A program made the translations under genes and the position numbers. A DNA stretch of 64,000 bases from Gammaproteobacteria bacterium. Its GTDB lineage: Bacteria; Pseudomonadota; Gammaproteobacteria; SZUA-229. Shown here piece by piece: positions 49,246-58,547 of the stretch. Each line of letters opens with the position of its first letter. The first letter of the stretch is position 1. The notes below the pieces were generated by a model, which did not search any database, was not told where the DNA came from, and worked only from the letters and a program-made list of their open reading frames with translations. The DNA lies in NCBI GenBank assembly GCA_030148865.1, contig JASBSR010000007.1, positions 642 to 64,641 on the forward strand, in the 5' to 3' direction.

Positions 49246-50481
49246 TTATCTCCATACGGGGGCTATTATAAAATTTAAATGTGAGTGGGCGATTTTTAGC
49301 GAGTGTATAACATCATCCGGCTGTTTACCGCGGGCAAAAATATAACCGGGATATTGATTGCCTTCAGGCAGTGGAATCAGTTCGTGGCCATCGCTGACGA
49401 TAATCTCGACCCGGTCTACGCCCGGCGTGCTGCGCGCAGCTTTCAGACCCTCAACGCGGCGCAATAAACCCGCCTGTGGAATTGGCAGCATCATCACGCC
49501 GCGACTTTCTGTGGGTGGTGTCACATTGCCCGGTAAGCCAGTAGCAAGTGAAACCGCCAGTTCTTCAATATTGAGACCTGCGCCATTATCCAGCATGCGC
49601 CCGCAATCACCGCCAATGGTACGCGATGCGACTTCGAGTATCCATGCATTGTCAGTATTGACGCGCAGTTCGGCGTGTATCGGGCCGGTGCGTAAATCAT
49701 AGGCTTTGCAGGCCTGTTGCACAGCATCGAAGATGAGTTGCTGTGTGTTCTGGTCGAGACGCGATGGTGTCACGTAAATGGTTTCTTCAAAATAAGGCCC
49801 GGTGAGTGGCTCCGGTTTATCGAACAGGGCCAGCGTTTTTAATTCGCCCTGTACGAGGTAGCCCTCAAACGCAACTTCGACACCATCAATGTATTCTTCG
49901 ATCAATAAATGCGTGCGTTCGAAGTTATCATCGGCGGTACTGATAATTTTACGTATGCGTTCGCAGGCGCGAACTAAATCTTCATTATTATCGGCTCGTA
50001 TCACGCCGCGACTGGCAGACAGGTTGAGTGGTTTAATGACGCACGGCCACGGCAAGTCTTTTAGTTGTTTGTCGAGGGGCTGGTCTAAATCAATTAAACA
50101 ATGCAACGGCACCGGACAGCCGGTGCGCATGAGTTGCGTGCGTGCCAGATCTTTGCGCCTTGACAGGCGTGCGGCCGCGGGTGGATTATGCGGTAGGCCG
50201 AGTGTTGCTGCCGCCAGTGCAGCTAGTTCCACCGTGCTGTCGTCGCTGCCGAGGATACCCGCGAAGGGCTGCACCGCGGCGGCTTCAGTTATCATTTTCA
50301 GGGCCTGCTGAGGCTTTGATAAGTCGACATGCAAACCGCGATTGATTTCGGCGGTAAGTGAGTGTTCGCCGCGCGAAGCAATCAATACATCGAGACCGAG
50401 ACGATTCGCAGCCTTGAGGTAAGGTGCTATGCGATAGCTATTGGGTTGCGAGATTAAAAGTAAGCGGGGTTTGACTTTCAC
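49246..50481 (-). CDS. ATP-grasp ligase (L-amino-acid-ligase-like)
   Basis: KDLAR, PCVIKP..LSASRGV, LIEEYIDG.E, HAELR, ILEVASRTIGG. Confidence 0.88.
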   Translation of the reverse strand: MKVKPRLLLISQPNSYRIAPYLKAANRLGLDVLIASRGEHSLTAEINRGLHVDLSKPQQALKMITEAAAVQPFAGILGSDDSTVELAALAAATLGLPHNPPAAARLSRRKDLARTQLMRTGCPVPLHCLIDLDQPLDKQLKDLPWPCVIKPLNLSASRGVIRADNNEDLVRACERIRKIISTADDNFERTHLLIEEYIDGVEVAFEGYLVQGELKTLALFDKPEPLTGPYFEETIYVTPSRLDQNTQQLIFDAVQQACKAYDLRTGPIHAELRVNTDNAWILEVASRTIGGDCGRMLDNGAGLNIEELAVSLATGLPGNVTPPTESRGVMMLPIPQAGLLRRVEGLKAARSTPGVDRVEIIVSDGHELIPLPEGNQYPGYIFARGKQPDDVIHSLKIAHSHLNFIIAPVWR

Positions 50482-50562
50482 TTGAACAAAGTCTTATTCC
50501 AGTGATGCTGATGAAAAGCAATAAATTTACACTGTATGCAACACAATATTGTTTCGGGTATG

Positions 50563-50605
50563 AAAAAAACGGGCGCGGATCGATAAACGAAGCGCGCCCG
50601 TTTTT
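50563..50605 (-). terminator. Rho-independent terminator after the A-type carrier gene
   Basis: aaaaacgggcgcg (50565-50577) pairs with cgcgcccgttttt (50593-50605); U7 tail on the minus strand. Confidence 0.75.
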
Positions 50606-50622
50606 GTTATTCGGCTCGGTGA

Positions 50623-50988
50623 TTAAGCAGCGCCACCGCAACCACCGCAACTGCCAGAGCCGCCAGATTTCATGAATACATTCTTGAAGACGAAGCTGGC
50701 ACCGTTACCCTGATTTTGATAATCAATTTCTACACCTTCGAGGTATGACAGTGCAATTGCGTCGACATACATTTTGAGGCCATCTTTTTCCCAGACAGTA
50801 TCAAACTCAGTGGGGTGTTCAACAAAGGTCATACCGTATTGCATACCGCTACAGCCGCCACCGGAGACAAAAATACGGACGCCATTAACGGTTTCTTCAT
50901 TTTCAGTCAGTGCGATCAGTTGTTTGACCGCTTCGGGGGAAACATTGATCTCATCGTTGAGCTGAGTATTAAACTGGACTTGTGACAT
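50623..50988 (-). CDS. HesB/IscA-family A-type Fe-S carrier with atypical CGGC C-terminus
   Basis: VRIFVSGGGCSGMQYGM, YVD..ALSYLEGVEIDY, FVFKN, SCGGCGG; RBS gagg before ATG 50988. Confidence 0.88.
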   Translation of the reverse strand: MSQVQFNTQLNDEINVSPEAVKQLIALTENEETVNGVRIFVSGGGCSGMQYGMTFVEHPTEFDTVWEKDGLKMYVDAIALSYLEGVEIDYQNQGNGASFVFKNVFMKSGGSGSCGGCGGAA

Positions 50989-51130
50989 GGCGAACCTCGA
51001 TTTCAGTGTTACAAACAAATAGATTGTACCAGAATCAGACTGCTTAAAACCTTATAGTTCCTTTGTGATTCAAGCGCCTTAGGCATGTTGTCTGTGTGGG
51101 TATGGAGCCGGAGATTTCAGGCTGGCAGTG

Positions 51131-54100
51131 TCAAATCGGGCTACGGCCCGGCTGGTGGATCAGGCGGTAGACCGCGGGCACCAGCACCAGCGACACCAGC
51201 ATGGAGAAACTCAGACCCCAGACGATGACATAGGCCAGTGGTTGCAGCATTTCGGCGCCTTCGCCCAGTCCGATGGCCAGCGGTAGCATGCCGAACACCG
51301 TGGTCAGGGTAGTCATCAGGATGGGGCGCAGGCGCTGGCTGGCAGCGAGGCTGATCGACTCAGCCACAGTATTGCCTCTTTCGCGCTCGATTTCGATTTG
51401 CTCGATCAGCACAATGGAATTATTCACCACGATTCCGGCGAGCATGATCATGCCCAGATACACTGGGGTCGAGATCAGCAGGTCGCCGCTCCAGAGTCCA
51501 AGGCTGACACCGATCAGAGCGAAAGGAATGCTGCTGAGAATAATCAGCGGATTGCGCAGCGACTCGTACTGCAAGGCCATCACCACCAGTACTAGAAATA
51601 TTGCCAGTGCCAGTAACAGCCAGCTCGACTGCTGGGCATTGCTCAGAGTTTTGCTGGCACCGCCGTCGTACAGGTAATAACCATCAGGCAGTTTAAAGTC
51701 TTTCAGCGCCTGTTGAATTTCAGCATTGACTACATCGAGACTGGTATTGGCATCCAGCGCGGCGGTGATCTCGACGATGCGCTGCTGCTGATCGTGTTTA
51801 ATCGCCGCCGGTGCTGGCCCACGACTGATGCTGGCGACTTCGTGCAGCCGCACCGGGCGACCGTTATGCTGACCCACCAGTAAATTGCCCAGCTTCGCCG
51901 GGGTGTCGCTGAGTTTTCTCGGCAGCCGCATACGCACGTCGAACTGGCGGTCGCCTTCGATATAGTTGGATATAATGCTGCCATCGAGCGCGATGCGCAG
52001 CGCCTGTCCCAGACTGTCGATGTGGGTACCGAGATCGGCCGCGCGCTGGCGATCGATGTGCACATTGAGTTCTTCGTTGAGGCCTTCGTACGACTGTTCG
52101 GCATTACGCAGGCCGGGCAGGTCACGAATTTTTTCGACCACCTGGGTGGCGAGCTCGGTCAGGGTTTCGATATCCTGACCCTGGATTCGCAGGCTGATAT
52201 CGTTGTCGCCGCTGCTGAGGCGGATGCCGCGCACTCCCTGAACCCGGAGCCGGATTTTGTAGCCGGTGAGGGTAAGTGATTTGATTGCCGCGTCCATTTT
52301 TTTCACCCAGGCTTCACTACTGATGCTGCGGTCGTCCAAAGGAACCAGTTTTACCTTGAGCGAGCTGCTGTCGCTGCTTTCGTATTCTGAGCGGCCAAAA
52401 ATATGACCACCGATGGTGCTGAACACGGTTTCGACCTCAGGCTGTGCCAGCAGCAGGCTTTCGACTTTTTCGACAGTAGCGTCCATTTCATCCAGATTCA
52501 TGCCGGCGTCACCGCGGATCGAAATACTGACATTACCTTCGTCCATTGCCGGTAAAAAAACAAAGCCCTGATGCATCATGCCCAGCACTGCGGGGATGAA
52601 AGCAAGCAGAAAAAAGATCACTATGGGTGTCGGACAGAGCACAATGCGCTCGACCACATGTTGATATTTAACTTTAACTTTATTAATTAAATTATTAAAT
52701 ATACTTTTATTTTTCGTCTCTGACTTGATTCGGGCACCAAGCGCTGGCACCAGCGTCAGCGCCACCAGCAATGCTGCCAGCATGGCCGAGGTGATGGTGA
52801 TAATCAGCTCGCGGAAGAGTAATCCGGTGAGCCCGCCGATGAATAAAAACGGCAGGATAGCAGCGAGATTGGTTGCGGTCGAGGCCACGATCGGGCTGTT
52901 GACTTCGGCAGCTGCGGTAATCGCATTATCTGCTGCCGAGCCGCTGTCGTGCTGATGGCGGGTGATGTTTTCCAGCATCACAATGGTGCTGTCGATGAGC
53001 AGCCCCATGCCCAGCGCGAGACCGCCCAGGGTCATGATGTTCAGCGTCAGGTCGTTGATGTCCATGATGGTGAAGGTCACCAGTATACCCAGCGGAATTG
53101 CGCTGCCGATGATCAGCGTGCGCACCAGATTGCCGAGGAACAGGTAGATCACCAACATCGCCAGCAGGGCGCCACTGACCGCCGCCATGCTGGCGTTGTT
53201 CAGGGCATGACGCACGTAGACCGACTGATCGTCAACCGTGGTCGCAGTGACATCGGCGGGCATGAGTTTTTGGCCATCCAGCTGCTGCAGTCGGTGCTGG
53301 ACTTCGTCGACCACGCTCACAGTATTCGCCTGCGGCAGTTTTTGCACCGAGACTTTGACCCCTGGGCGCTGGTTCAGGCGTACCCGCAGACGTTCGTCCT
53401 GGTGCGAATCCAGTACTTCGGCGACATCGCGCAGGCGCAATACACCATCGATACCGGTGTTGCCAGCATTCCACAGCGGCAGATTGCGCAGTGCTTCCAC
53501 CGACTCAAATCGCCCGCGAGTGCGGGTGCTGATTTCACTGGAGGGGCTCATCAGCCGGCCACCAGCGGCATCAGAATTATTGCGCTGGATAATGCCGGCG
53601 AGATCGCCGAGCGAGAGACCGACGCTGGCGAGAACGTCCTGATCGGGCAGAATCTGGATTTCGCGTTGTAGGCCGCCGCCGACTTCGATCGCCGCCACCC
53701 CGGGCAGAGTGAGAAACCAGCGCGAGAAGGTATAGTCTGCCCAGGTGCGTAACTCAACTGCATCGAGCTCATTGGAACTGAGCACCAGTTCCATCACCGG
53801 GATTTGCGCCGGGTCGCGTTTATAAATCACCGGTGGCTCGATAGTATCGGGCAAAAACCGTTTTGCGCGATCGAGCCGGGTGCTGGCATCGCGCAGCGCG
53901 AGGTCGATGTCAGTGCCGTAGGGAAAGCTGAGATCGACTGAACTGTTGCCTTCGGTGCTGTTGGACTGCACCTGAATCGCGCCTTCGGTGATCGCCAGCT
54001 GTTCTTCGAGCTGGCGGGTGACGCGATCTTCCATAATTTCTGCGGGCACGCCGGGGTCGTTGATGCGCACCCGTACTTCGGGGTAAATAATGTGCGGTAG

Positions 54101-54229
54101 CAGATCGATGCTGAGGCGCTGTAACGAGAACAGACCAATCACCACTGCGGTCAGCGCCAGCATAATGACGCCGATCGGATGATGAATCGACCAGGCGGCG
54201 AGGCCGCCGCTACGGAAACGTTGTTTCAT
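51131..54229 (-). CDS. AcrB/AcrD/AcrF-family RND permease
   Basis: TLNIMTLGGLALGMGLLIDSTIVMLENI, GIVVNNSI, RLRPILMTTLTT, QPLA. Confidence 0.93.
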   Translation of the reverse strand: MKQRFRSGGLAAWSIHHPIGVIMLALTAVVIGLFSLQRLSIDLLPHIIYPEVRVRINDPGVPAEIMEDRVTRQLEEQLAITEGAIQVQSNSTEGNSSVDLSFPYGTDIDLALRDASTRLDRAKRFLPDTIEPPVIYKRDPAQIPVMELVLSSNELDAVELRTWADYTFSRWFLTLPGVAAIEVGGGLQREIQILPDQDVLASVGLSLGDLAGIIQRNNSDAAGGRLMSPSSEISTRTRGRFESVEALRNLPLWNAGNTGIDGVLRLRDVAEVLDSHQDERLRVRLNQRPGVKVSVQKLPQANTVSVVDEVQHRLQQLDGQKLMPADVTATTVDDQSVYVRHALNNASMAAVSGALLAMLVIYLFLGNLVRTLIIGSAIPLGILVTFTIMDINDLTLNIMTLGGLALGMGLLIDSTIVMLENITRHQHDSGSAADNAITAAAEVNSPIVASTATNLAAILPFLFIGGLTGLLFRELIITITSAMLAALLVALTLVPALGARIKSETKNKSIFNNLINKVKVKYQHVVERIVLCPTPIVIFFLLAFIPAVLGMMHQGFVFLPAMDEGNVSISIRGDAGMNLDEMDATVEKVESLLLAQPEVETVFSTIGGHIFGRSEYESSDSSSLKVKLVPLDDRSISSEAWVKKMDAAIKSLTLTGYKIRLRVQGVRGIRLSSGDNDISLRIQGQDIETLTELATQVVEKIRDLPGLRNAEQSYEGLNEELNVHIDRQRAADLGTHIDSLGQALRIALDGSIISNYIEGDRQFDVRMRLPRKLSDTPAKLGNLLVGQHNGRPVRLHEVASISRGPAPAAIKHDQQQRIVEITAALDANTSLDVVNAEIQQALKDFKLPDGYYLYDGGASKTLSNAQQSSWLLLALAIFLVLVVMALQYESLRNPLIILSSIPFALIGVSLGLWSGDLLISTPVYLGMIMLAGIVVNNSIVLIEQIEIERERGNTVAESISLAASQRLRPILMTTLTTVFGMLPLAIGLGEGAEMLQPLAYVIVWGLSFSMLVSLVLVPAVYRLIHQPGRSPI

Positions 54230-55302
54230 ACGCTGCCGTTATGGCTGTTGGGCAATTCCGGCTGAAAGACTTTCACCTGTTTGTTATCGCGCAGACCGAT
54301 GAAGCCCTTGATCACGACGCGATCGCCTGGGCTCAGGCCGTCACGAATTTCGAGCAGCTCGCCGTGTTGCAGGCCTTTTTGCAGATAAATCTTATGCGCC
54401 TTGCTGGCAGTGTCGATGCGGTAAACATAGGCACCGTTGGTGTCGTGATGAATCGCGCGGGTCGGGATCACCAGGTGTTCGCTGGCGCGTGTTTTCAGCG
54501 TGACTCTGGCCAGCTGACCGACGCGAGCCCCGTCGGGTATCGGGGTAAGTTCAATCTCGACCACGCCTTTGCGGGTACTGGCGTCGATGGTCGGATAAAT
54601 GCGACTGATGCGTGCCGGATAGAGCTGACCACCGAGGGCGTCGATACTGACTGCGACGTTATCGCCAGTGTGCAGTCGTGGAATCCAGCTTTCTGCCAGA
54701 TTGAGTTTTAAATAAATTGAGCTCGGATCAATCATGGTAAGAATCAGGCTGTGTACAGCGACGACATCGCCGGGCTCAAAAAAACGTTGACTAATAATAC
54801 CGGTGAAAGGTGCGCGCAGTCGGGTGAGTGCGAGCCGGGCGCTCTGTAAATCGAATTCTGCGGCGGCGATGTCGAGCGCGGTTGCGGCGCGGGCGATTTC
54901 TTCGTCCGAGGCCAGTTGCCTGGGTCTGAGTTTTAGCAGGCGCTGATAATCGAGTTTAGCCTGGGCTTTTTGGGCGCGGGCTTTGGCGAGTTCGGCCTGG
55001 GTCAGAGTATCGTCAATCGTGATCAGCAACTGGTCTTTTTTCGCGACATCGCCCTGATGCAGTGGCAATTGTGTGATCGCGCCACTGATTTCGTTATATA
55101 GACTCACGGTTTTTGCGGCTTCCAGCGTGCCTGCGACGCTAAGTTCGCTGCTGACCAGCTGGATATCGGCGAGACCCACTTCGACAATATGTTCACTGGC
55201 TTTCTTTTGGGGTTTGGCGGCATCGTTGTTACTGCAGGCGGAAAGCGCGAGTAGCGAGATGAACAGAACGGGAAAGGTTAATTTGGTTATAATCATGTGC
55301 AC
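54226..55302 (-). CDS. RND membrane fusion lipoprotein
   Basis: Lipobox LSAC, GTLEA, LRAPFTG, IYPTID..TR, GLSPGDRVV; 4-nt overlap with the permease. Confidence 0.92.
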   Translation of the reverse strand: MHMIITKLTFPVLFISLLALSACSNNDAAKPQKKASEHIVEVGLADIQLVSSELSVAGTLEAAKTVSLYNEISGAITQLPLHQGDVAKKDQLLITIDDTLTQAELAKARAQKAQAKLDYQRLLKLRPRQLASDEEIARAATALDIAAAEFDLQSARLALTRLRAPFTGIISQRFFEPGDVVAVHSLILTMIDPSSIYLKLNLAESWIPRLHTGDNVAVSIDALGGQLYPARISRIYPTIDASTRKGVVEIELTPIPDGARVGQLARVTLKTRASEHLVIPTRAIHHDTNGAYVYRIDTASKAHKIYLQKGLQHGELLEIRDGLSPGDRVVIKGFIGLRDNKQVKVFQPELPNSHNGSV

Positions 55303-55385
55303 AGTTTATATCACAAGTTATCGCTAGAGATATCTAAGTCCAGGCCTGAATTTCAGCAGAATTATTTAAACAGTTGTAACGCATA

Positions 55386-57203
55386 ATGGTTCACAGACCC
55401 ACCTCGAAACCGCACGGTGATCGCAAAGACTGGCAAAATCTGAAACGACTGCTGCCCTATGTCTGGGATTTCAGGGGCAGGGTGCTGGTCGCGCTCACCT
55501 GTCTGGTGCTATCCAAAGTGGCCATCGTCGGGATGCCGCTGGTGCTCAAGGAAATTGTCGATGCGCTCGACGCCAGCAAGTTACAGACTAATGCAGTGTT
55601 GGTACTGCCTATGGCCATGCTGCTAGGGTACGGCGCCTTACGCCTGGCAGGGTCGTTGTTTAATGAGCTACGCGATGCGGTGTTTGCGCGTGTGCGCTAC
55701 CACGCGATGCGCGGTATTTCATTACGCGTGCTCAAACATCTGTATTCGTTATCGCTCAGCTATCATCTGGATCGCAAGACCGGCGGTGTTACCCGTGATC
55801 TGGAACGCGGCACCAACTCTTTAAGTTCGATCCTGAATTATCTGGTGTTCAATATTATCCCCACTGCGGCTGAATTCACCTTTGTTGCCGTGATTCTGCT
55901 CGGTCGCTACGAACCGCGTTTCGCGATCGTGACGTTCGTGACGGTGGCTTCATATATTGCCTTTACTCTGCTGGTAACCAACTGGCGCATGCATTATCGT
56001 CATGAGATGAATACGCTGGAATCCAGAGCTAATAGTTTTGCGGTTGATGGCATGCTCAATTATGAAACCGTGAAATATTTCACCAATGAACAGTACGAGC
56101 TGAAACAATACGATAACACCCTGGCTGAATGGGAAACCGCAGCCGTCAAAAGCCAGACCTCAATGTCGATACTCAATTTTGGTCAGGGTGCGGTGATTGC
56201 CACAGGTGTGACATTCATGATGGTGTACGCTGCGCAGGGCGTGGTTGCTGGCACCATGACGCTGGGTGATCTGGTACTGGTGCACGCCATGATGCTGCAA
56301 TTGTTTATTCCATTGAACTTTCTCGGTATTATTTATCGCGCACTAAAATATTCATTGGCCGACATGGATATGATGTTGAAGTTGCTGGATACCCCGCAGC
56401 AAATTAAAGACAAGCCTGATGCCAAAGCGTTGCAGGTGAGTAAAGCACATCTTCGGTTTGAGAATATTTCATTTCGATACAATGCAGAGCGCGAAATTCT
56501 AAATTCTGTTTCTTTTGAAGTGCCACCTGGTCACAAGGTGGCAGTGGTTGGTCCTTCGGGGGCGGGCAAGTCAACGCTGGCGCGGCTGTTGTTCCGGTTT
56601 TATGAAACCAGCTCAGGCGCGATTTCTATTGACGAACAAAACATTAATCAGGTTACGCAGGAGAGTTTGCGTGCAAATATTGGTATCGTGCCACAAGATA
56701 CCGTGCTGTTTAATCACAGCATCGAGCACAATATTCGTTATGCGCGACTCGATGCGTCACATGATGAAATTATTCACGCCGCTAAAATGGCAGACATTCA
56801 TGACTTCATTAATTCACTGCCGGATAAATACAACACTGTCGTCGGTGAACGTGGCCTGAAACTGTCTGGTGGTGAAAAACAACGCGTGGCGATTGCGCGT
56901 GTGATTTTGAAAAATCCCAAGATACTGGTATTCGATGAAGCCACGTCTTCACTAGATTCACATTCTGAACAGCAGATTTTGTCAGCCTTGGAAGCGGTAG
57001 CGGAAAAACACACCACGCTGGTGATTGCGCATCGGTTATCGACCGTAATCGATGCGGATAATATCATGGTGCTGGAGAAAGGCAGGATAGCAGAACAGGG
57101 CAGTCATCAGCAGTTGCTTGAAAAGAACGGCCTTTACGCCCATCTCTGGGAACTGCAGCAGGAAGAGCGCAAAACAGCAGAATTATTGCAAGACGTGGTT
57201 TAG
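55386..57203 (+). CDS. Atm1/ABCB7-like ABC exporter (fused TMD-NBD)
   Basis: YHLDRKTG, LNYETVKYF, PLNFLG..YR, GPSGAGKST, VPQD, LSGGEKQR, DEATS. Confidence 0.92.
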   Translation: MVHRPTSKPHGDRKDWQNLKRLLPYVWDFRGRVLVALTCLVLSKVAIVGMPLVLKEIVDALDASKLQTNAVLVLPMAMLLGYGALRLAGSLFNELRDAVFARVRYHAMRGISLRVLKHLYSLSLSYHLDRKTGGVTRDLERGTNSLSSILNYLVFNIIPTAAEFTFVAVILLGRYEPRFAIVTFVTVASYIAFTLLVTNWRMHYRHEMNTLESRANSFAVDGMLNYETVKYFTNEQYELKQYDNTLAEWETAAVKSQTSMSILNFGQGAVIATGVTFMMVYAAQGVVAGTMTLGDLVLVHAMMLQLFIPLNFLGIIYRALKYSLADMDMMLKLLDTPQQIKDKPDAKALQVSKAHLRFENISFRYNAEREILNSVSFEVPPGHKVAVVGPSGAGKSTLARLLFRFYETSSGAISIDEQNINQVTQESLRANIGIVPQDTVLFNHSIEHNIRYARLDASHDEIIHAAKMADIHDFINSLPDKYNTVVGERGLKLSGGEKQRVAIARVILKNPKILVFDEATSSLDSHSEQQILSALEAVAEKHTTLVIAHRLSTVIDADNIMVLEKGRIAEQGSHQQLLEKNGLYAHLWELQQEERKTAELLQDVV

Positions 57204-57210
57204 ATCTTTT

Positions 57211-57433
57211 GTCATTCGTGTACATTGCAGCAAAGTTGAGGGGTTCTTTGTCCTTGTGCCTGTCTGCCGACAGGCGCAACTCTGTCAGAATGACGGGCTG
57301 TGGGGTGCGTGGTGTCAGAATGAAACATTCTGTGTTGTAAGCTATCTGTCAAAGTCTATCATTTCGAGCGCGCCTCACGCTATGATAAATAATCCCTCCC
57401 AAAGTTTGTCATTTCGACCAGCGGGAGAAATCT
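57211..57433. repeat. Tract of degenerate GTCATT/GAATGAC-type repeats
   Basis: gtcattcg (57211), cctgtctgccgacagg hairpin, two tgtcagaatga units, gtcatttcgaccagcgggagaaatct (57408-57433). Confidence 0.5.
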
Positions 57434-57483
57434 CCGTCCGTACACTCAGTAATAAATATTTAATATTCGTGTAAAAACAGGAT

Positions 57484-57782
57484 ATGAATACCTGGTATTT
57501 CAAAAACCTCGGCGCGGTTGACTTGGCGGAGCCTGTCTTGCAACAACTGTGGATGGAATTTGCGGAGCTGTAGCAGGTCGCAGCGTGGACAAATATGTCG
57601 CAGTGTTTGTGCGCCACGAAACCGCTGTGCAATTATGTTGTGAAGTGGTTGTTTATTTTTCGCCTGGGGCGACGGAGCTGGCCGAGATGTTTTCTGCGTA
57701 AACTTGTTTATCACCCGAACCGGGTGATCTTGGTTTGCTCGCAGGAAATGAACGTGTCTGGATAACCTTGTTTGCATCATGA
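57484..57782 (+). pseudogene. Disrupted conserved hypothetical gene upstream of the methyltransferase
   Basis: MNTWYFKNLG...EL*, a frame change to VAVFVRHE...CEVVVYFSP...A*...LGLLAG..., and an ATGA overlap with the next gene. Confidence 0.55.
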
Positions 57783-58453
57783 AAAAGTTTTCGGATCAAA
57801 AAATTATCGACTCCTGGCAGGGTAATGTTTTACCCTGGGTGAGAGCGATACGTGATGGTGAGATTGTCAGTCGCACGCAGATTACCAATCAGGCGATTAT
57901 CGATGTTATTTGCCAATATGTGCCGAAAACAGTGCTCGACATTGGCTGTGGGGAAGGCTGGCTGACGCGCGAGCTTGACGCATGCGGCATTGCAACGCTG
58001 GGTGTCGATGTGGTCACCGAGATGATCGCAGCAGCCGAACAGACGGGTGCAGGGCGTTATCGTGTACTTGCTTACGAAGATATATCGGCGAGCACGCTGG
58101 CAGAAAAATTCGACCTGCTGGTGTGTAATTTTTCGCTTCTGGGTAAGGAATCGGTGGTGCAAGTGTTTCAGCAGGCGACGGATTTATTGAATCCCTCGGG
58201 GAGCTTGATTGTGCAAACGCTCCATCCTGAAATCACCTGTGGTGATCAGGCCTATGTTGATGGCTGGCGCGAAGGTTCATGGGCTGGTTTTAACGATGCG
58301 TTTCGTGATCCTGCGCCGTGGTACTTCAGAACAGTCGAGAGCTGGTTAGGGCTGTTCGACAAACACGGTTTTGCCGTGCCGGGTGTGATCGAACCGCGAG
58401 TTGTGGCCAATGCGCCGCCGGTATCGATTATTTTTGCCGGAAGTATCCCGTAA
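57779..58453 (+). CDS. Class I SAM-dependent methyltransferase
   Basis: VLDIGCGEGW, GVD, FDLLVCNFSL, QTLHP, PWYFRT. Confidence 0.9.
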   Translation: MKKFSDQKIIDSWQGNVLPWVRAIRDGEIVSRTQITNQAIIDVICQYVPKTVLDIGCGEGWLTRELDACGIATLGVDVVTEMIAAAEQTGAGRYRVLAYEDISASTLAEKFDLLVCNFSLLGKESVVQVFQQATDLLNPSGSLIVQTLHPEITCGDQAYVDGWREGSWAGFNDAFRDPAPWYFRTVESWLGLFDKHGFAVPGVIEPRVVANAPPVSIIFAGSIP

Positions 58454-58547
58454 GCAGCAGATGAGATTAGCTCTGCGAATCTGCTATCATCGCGCTCAGG
58501 TTGGGTAATCTTGCCCGCAGACTTTCATAATATAAGGAACCCGCCCC

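Noticed and set aside
46129..50988. Possible selenocysteine recoding (SaoD-like and HesB-like families occur in selenoprotein contexts)
   Set aside because: All motif positions are Cys codons. The TGA at 46465 ends the protein at a natural C-terminus, and the formyltransferase interruption is TAA.
15214..57433. CRISPR array among the palindromic repeats
   Set aside because: The repeats are dispersed and degenerate, lack regular unique spacers, and no cas genes are present.
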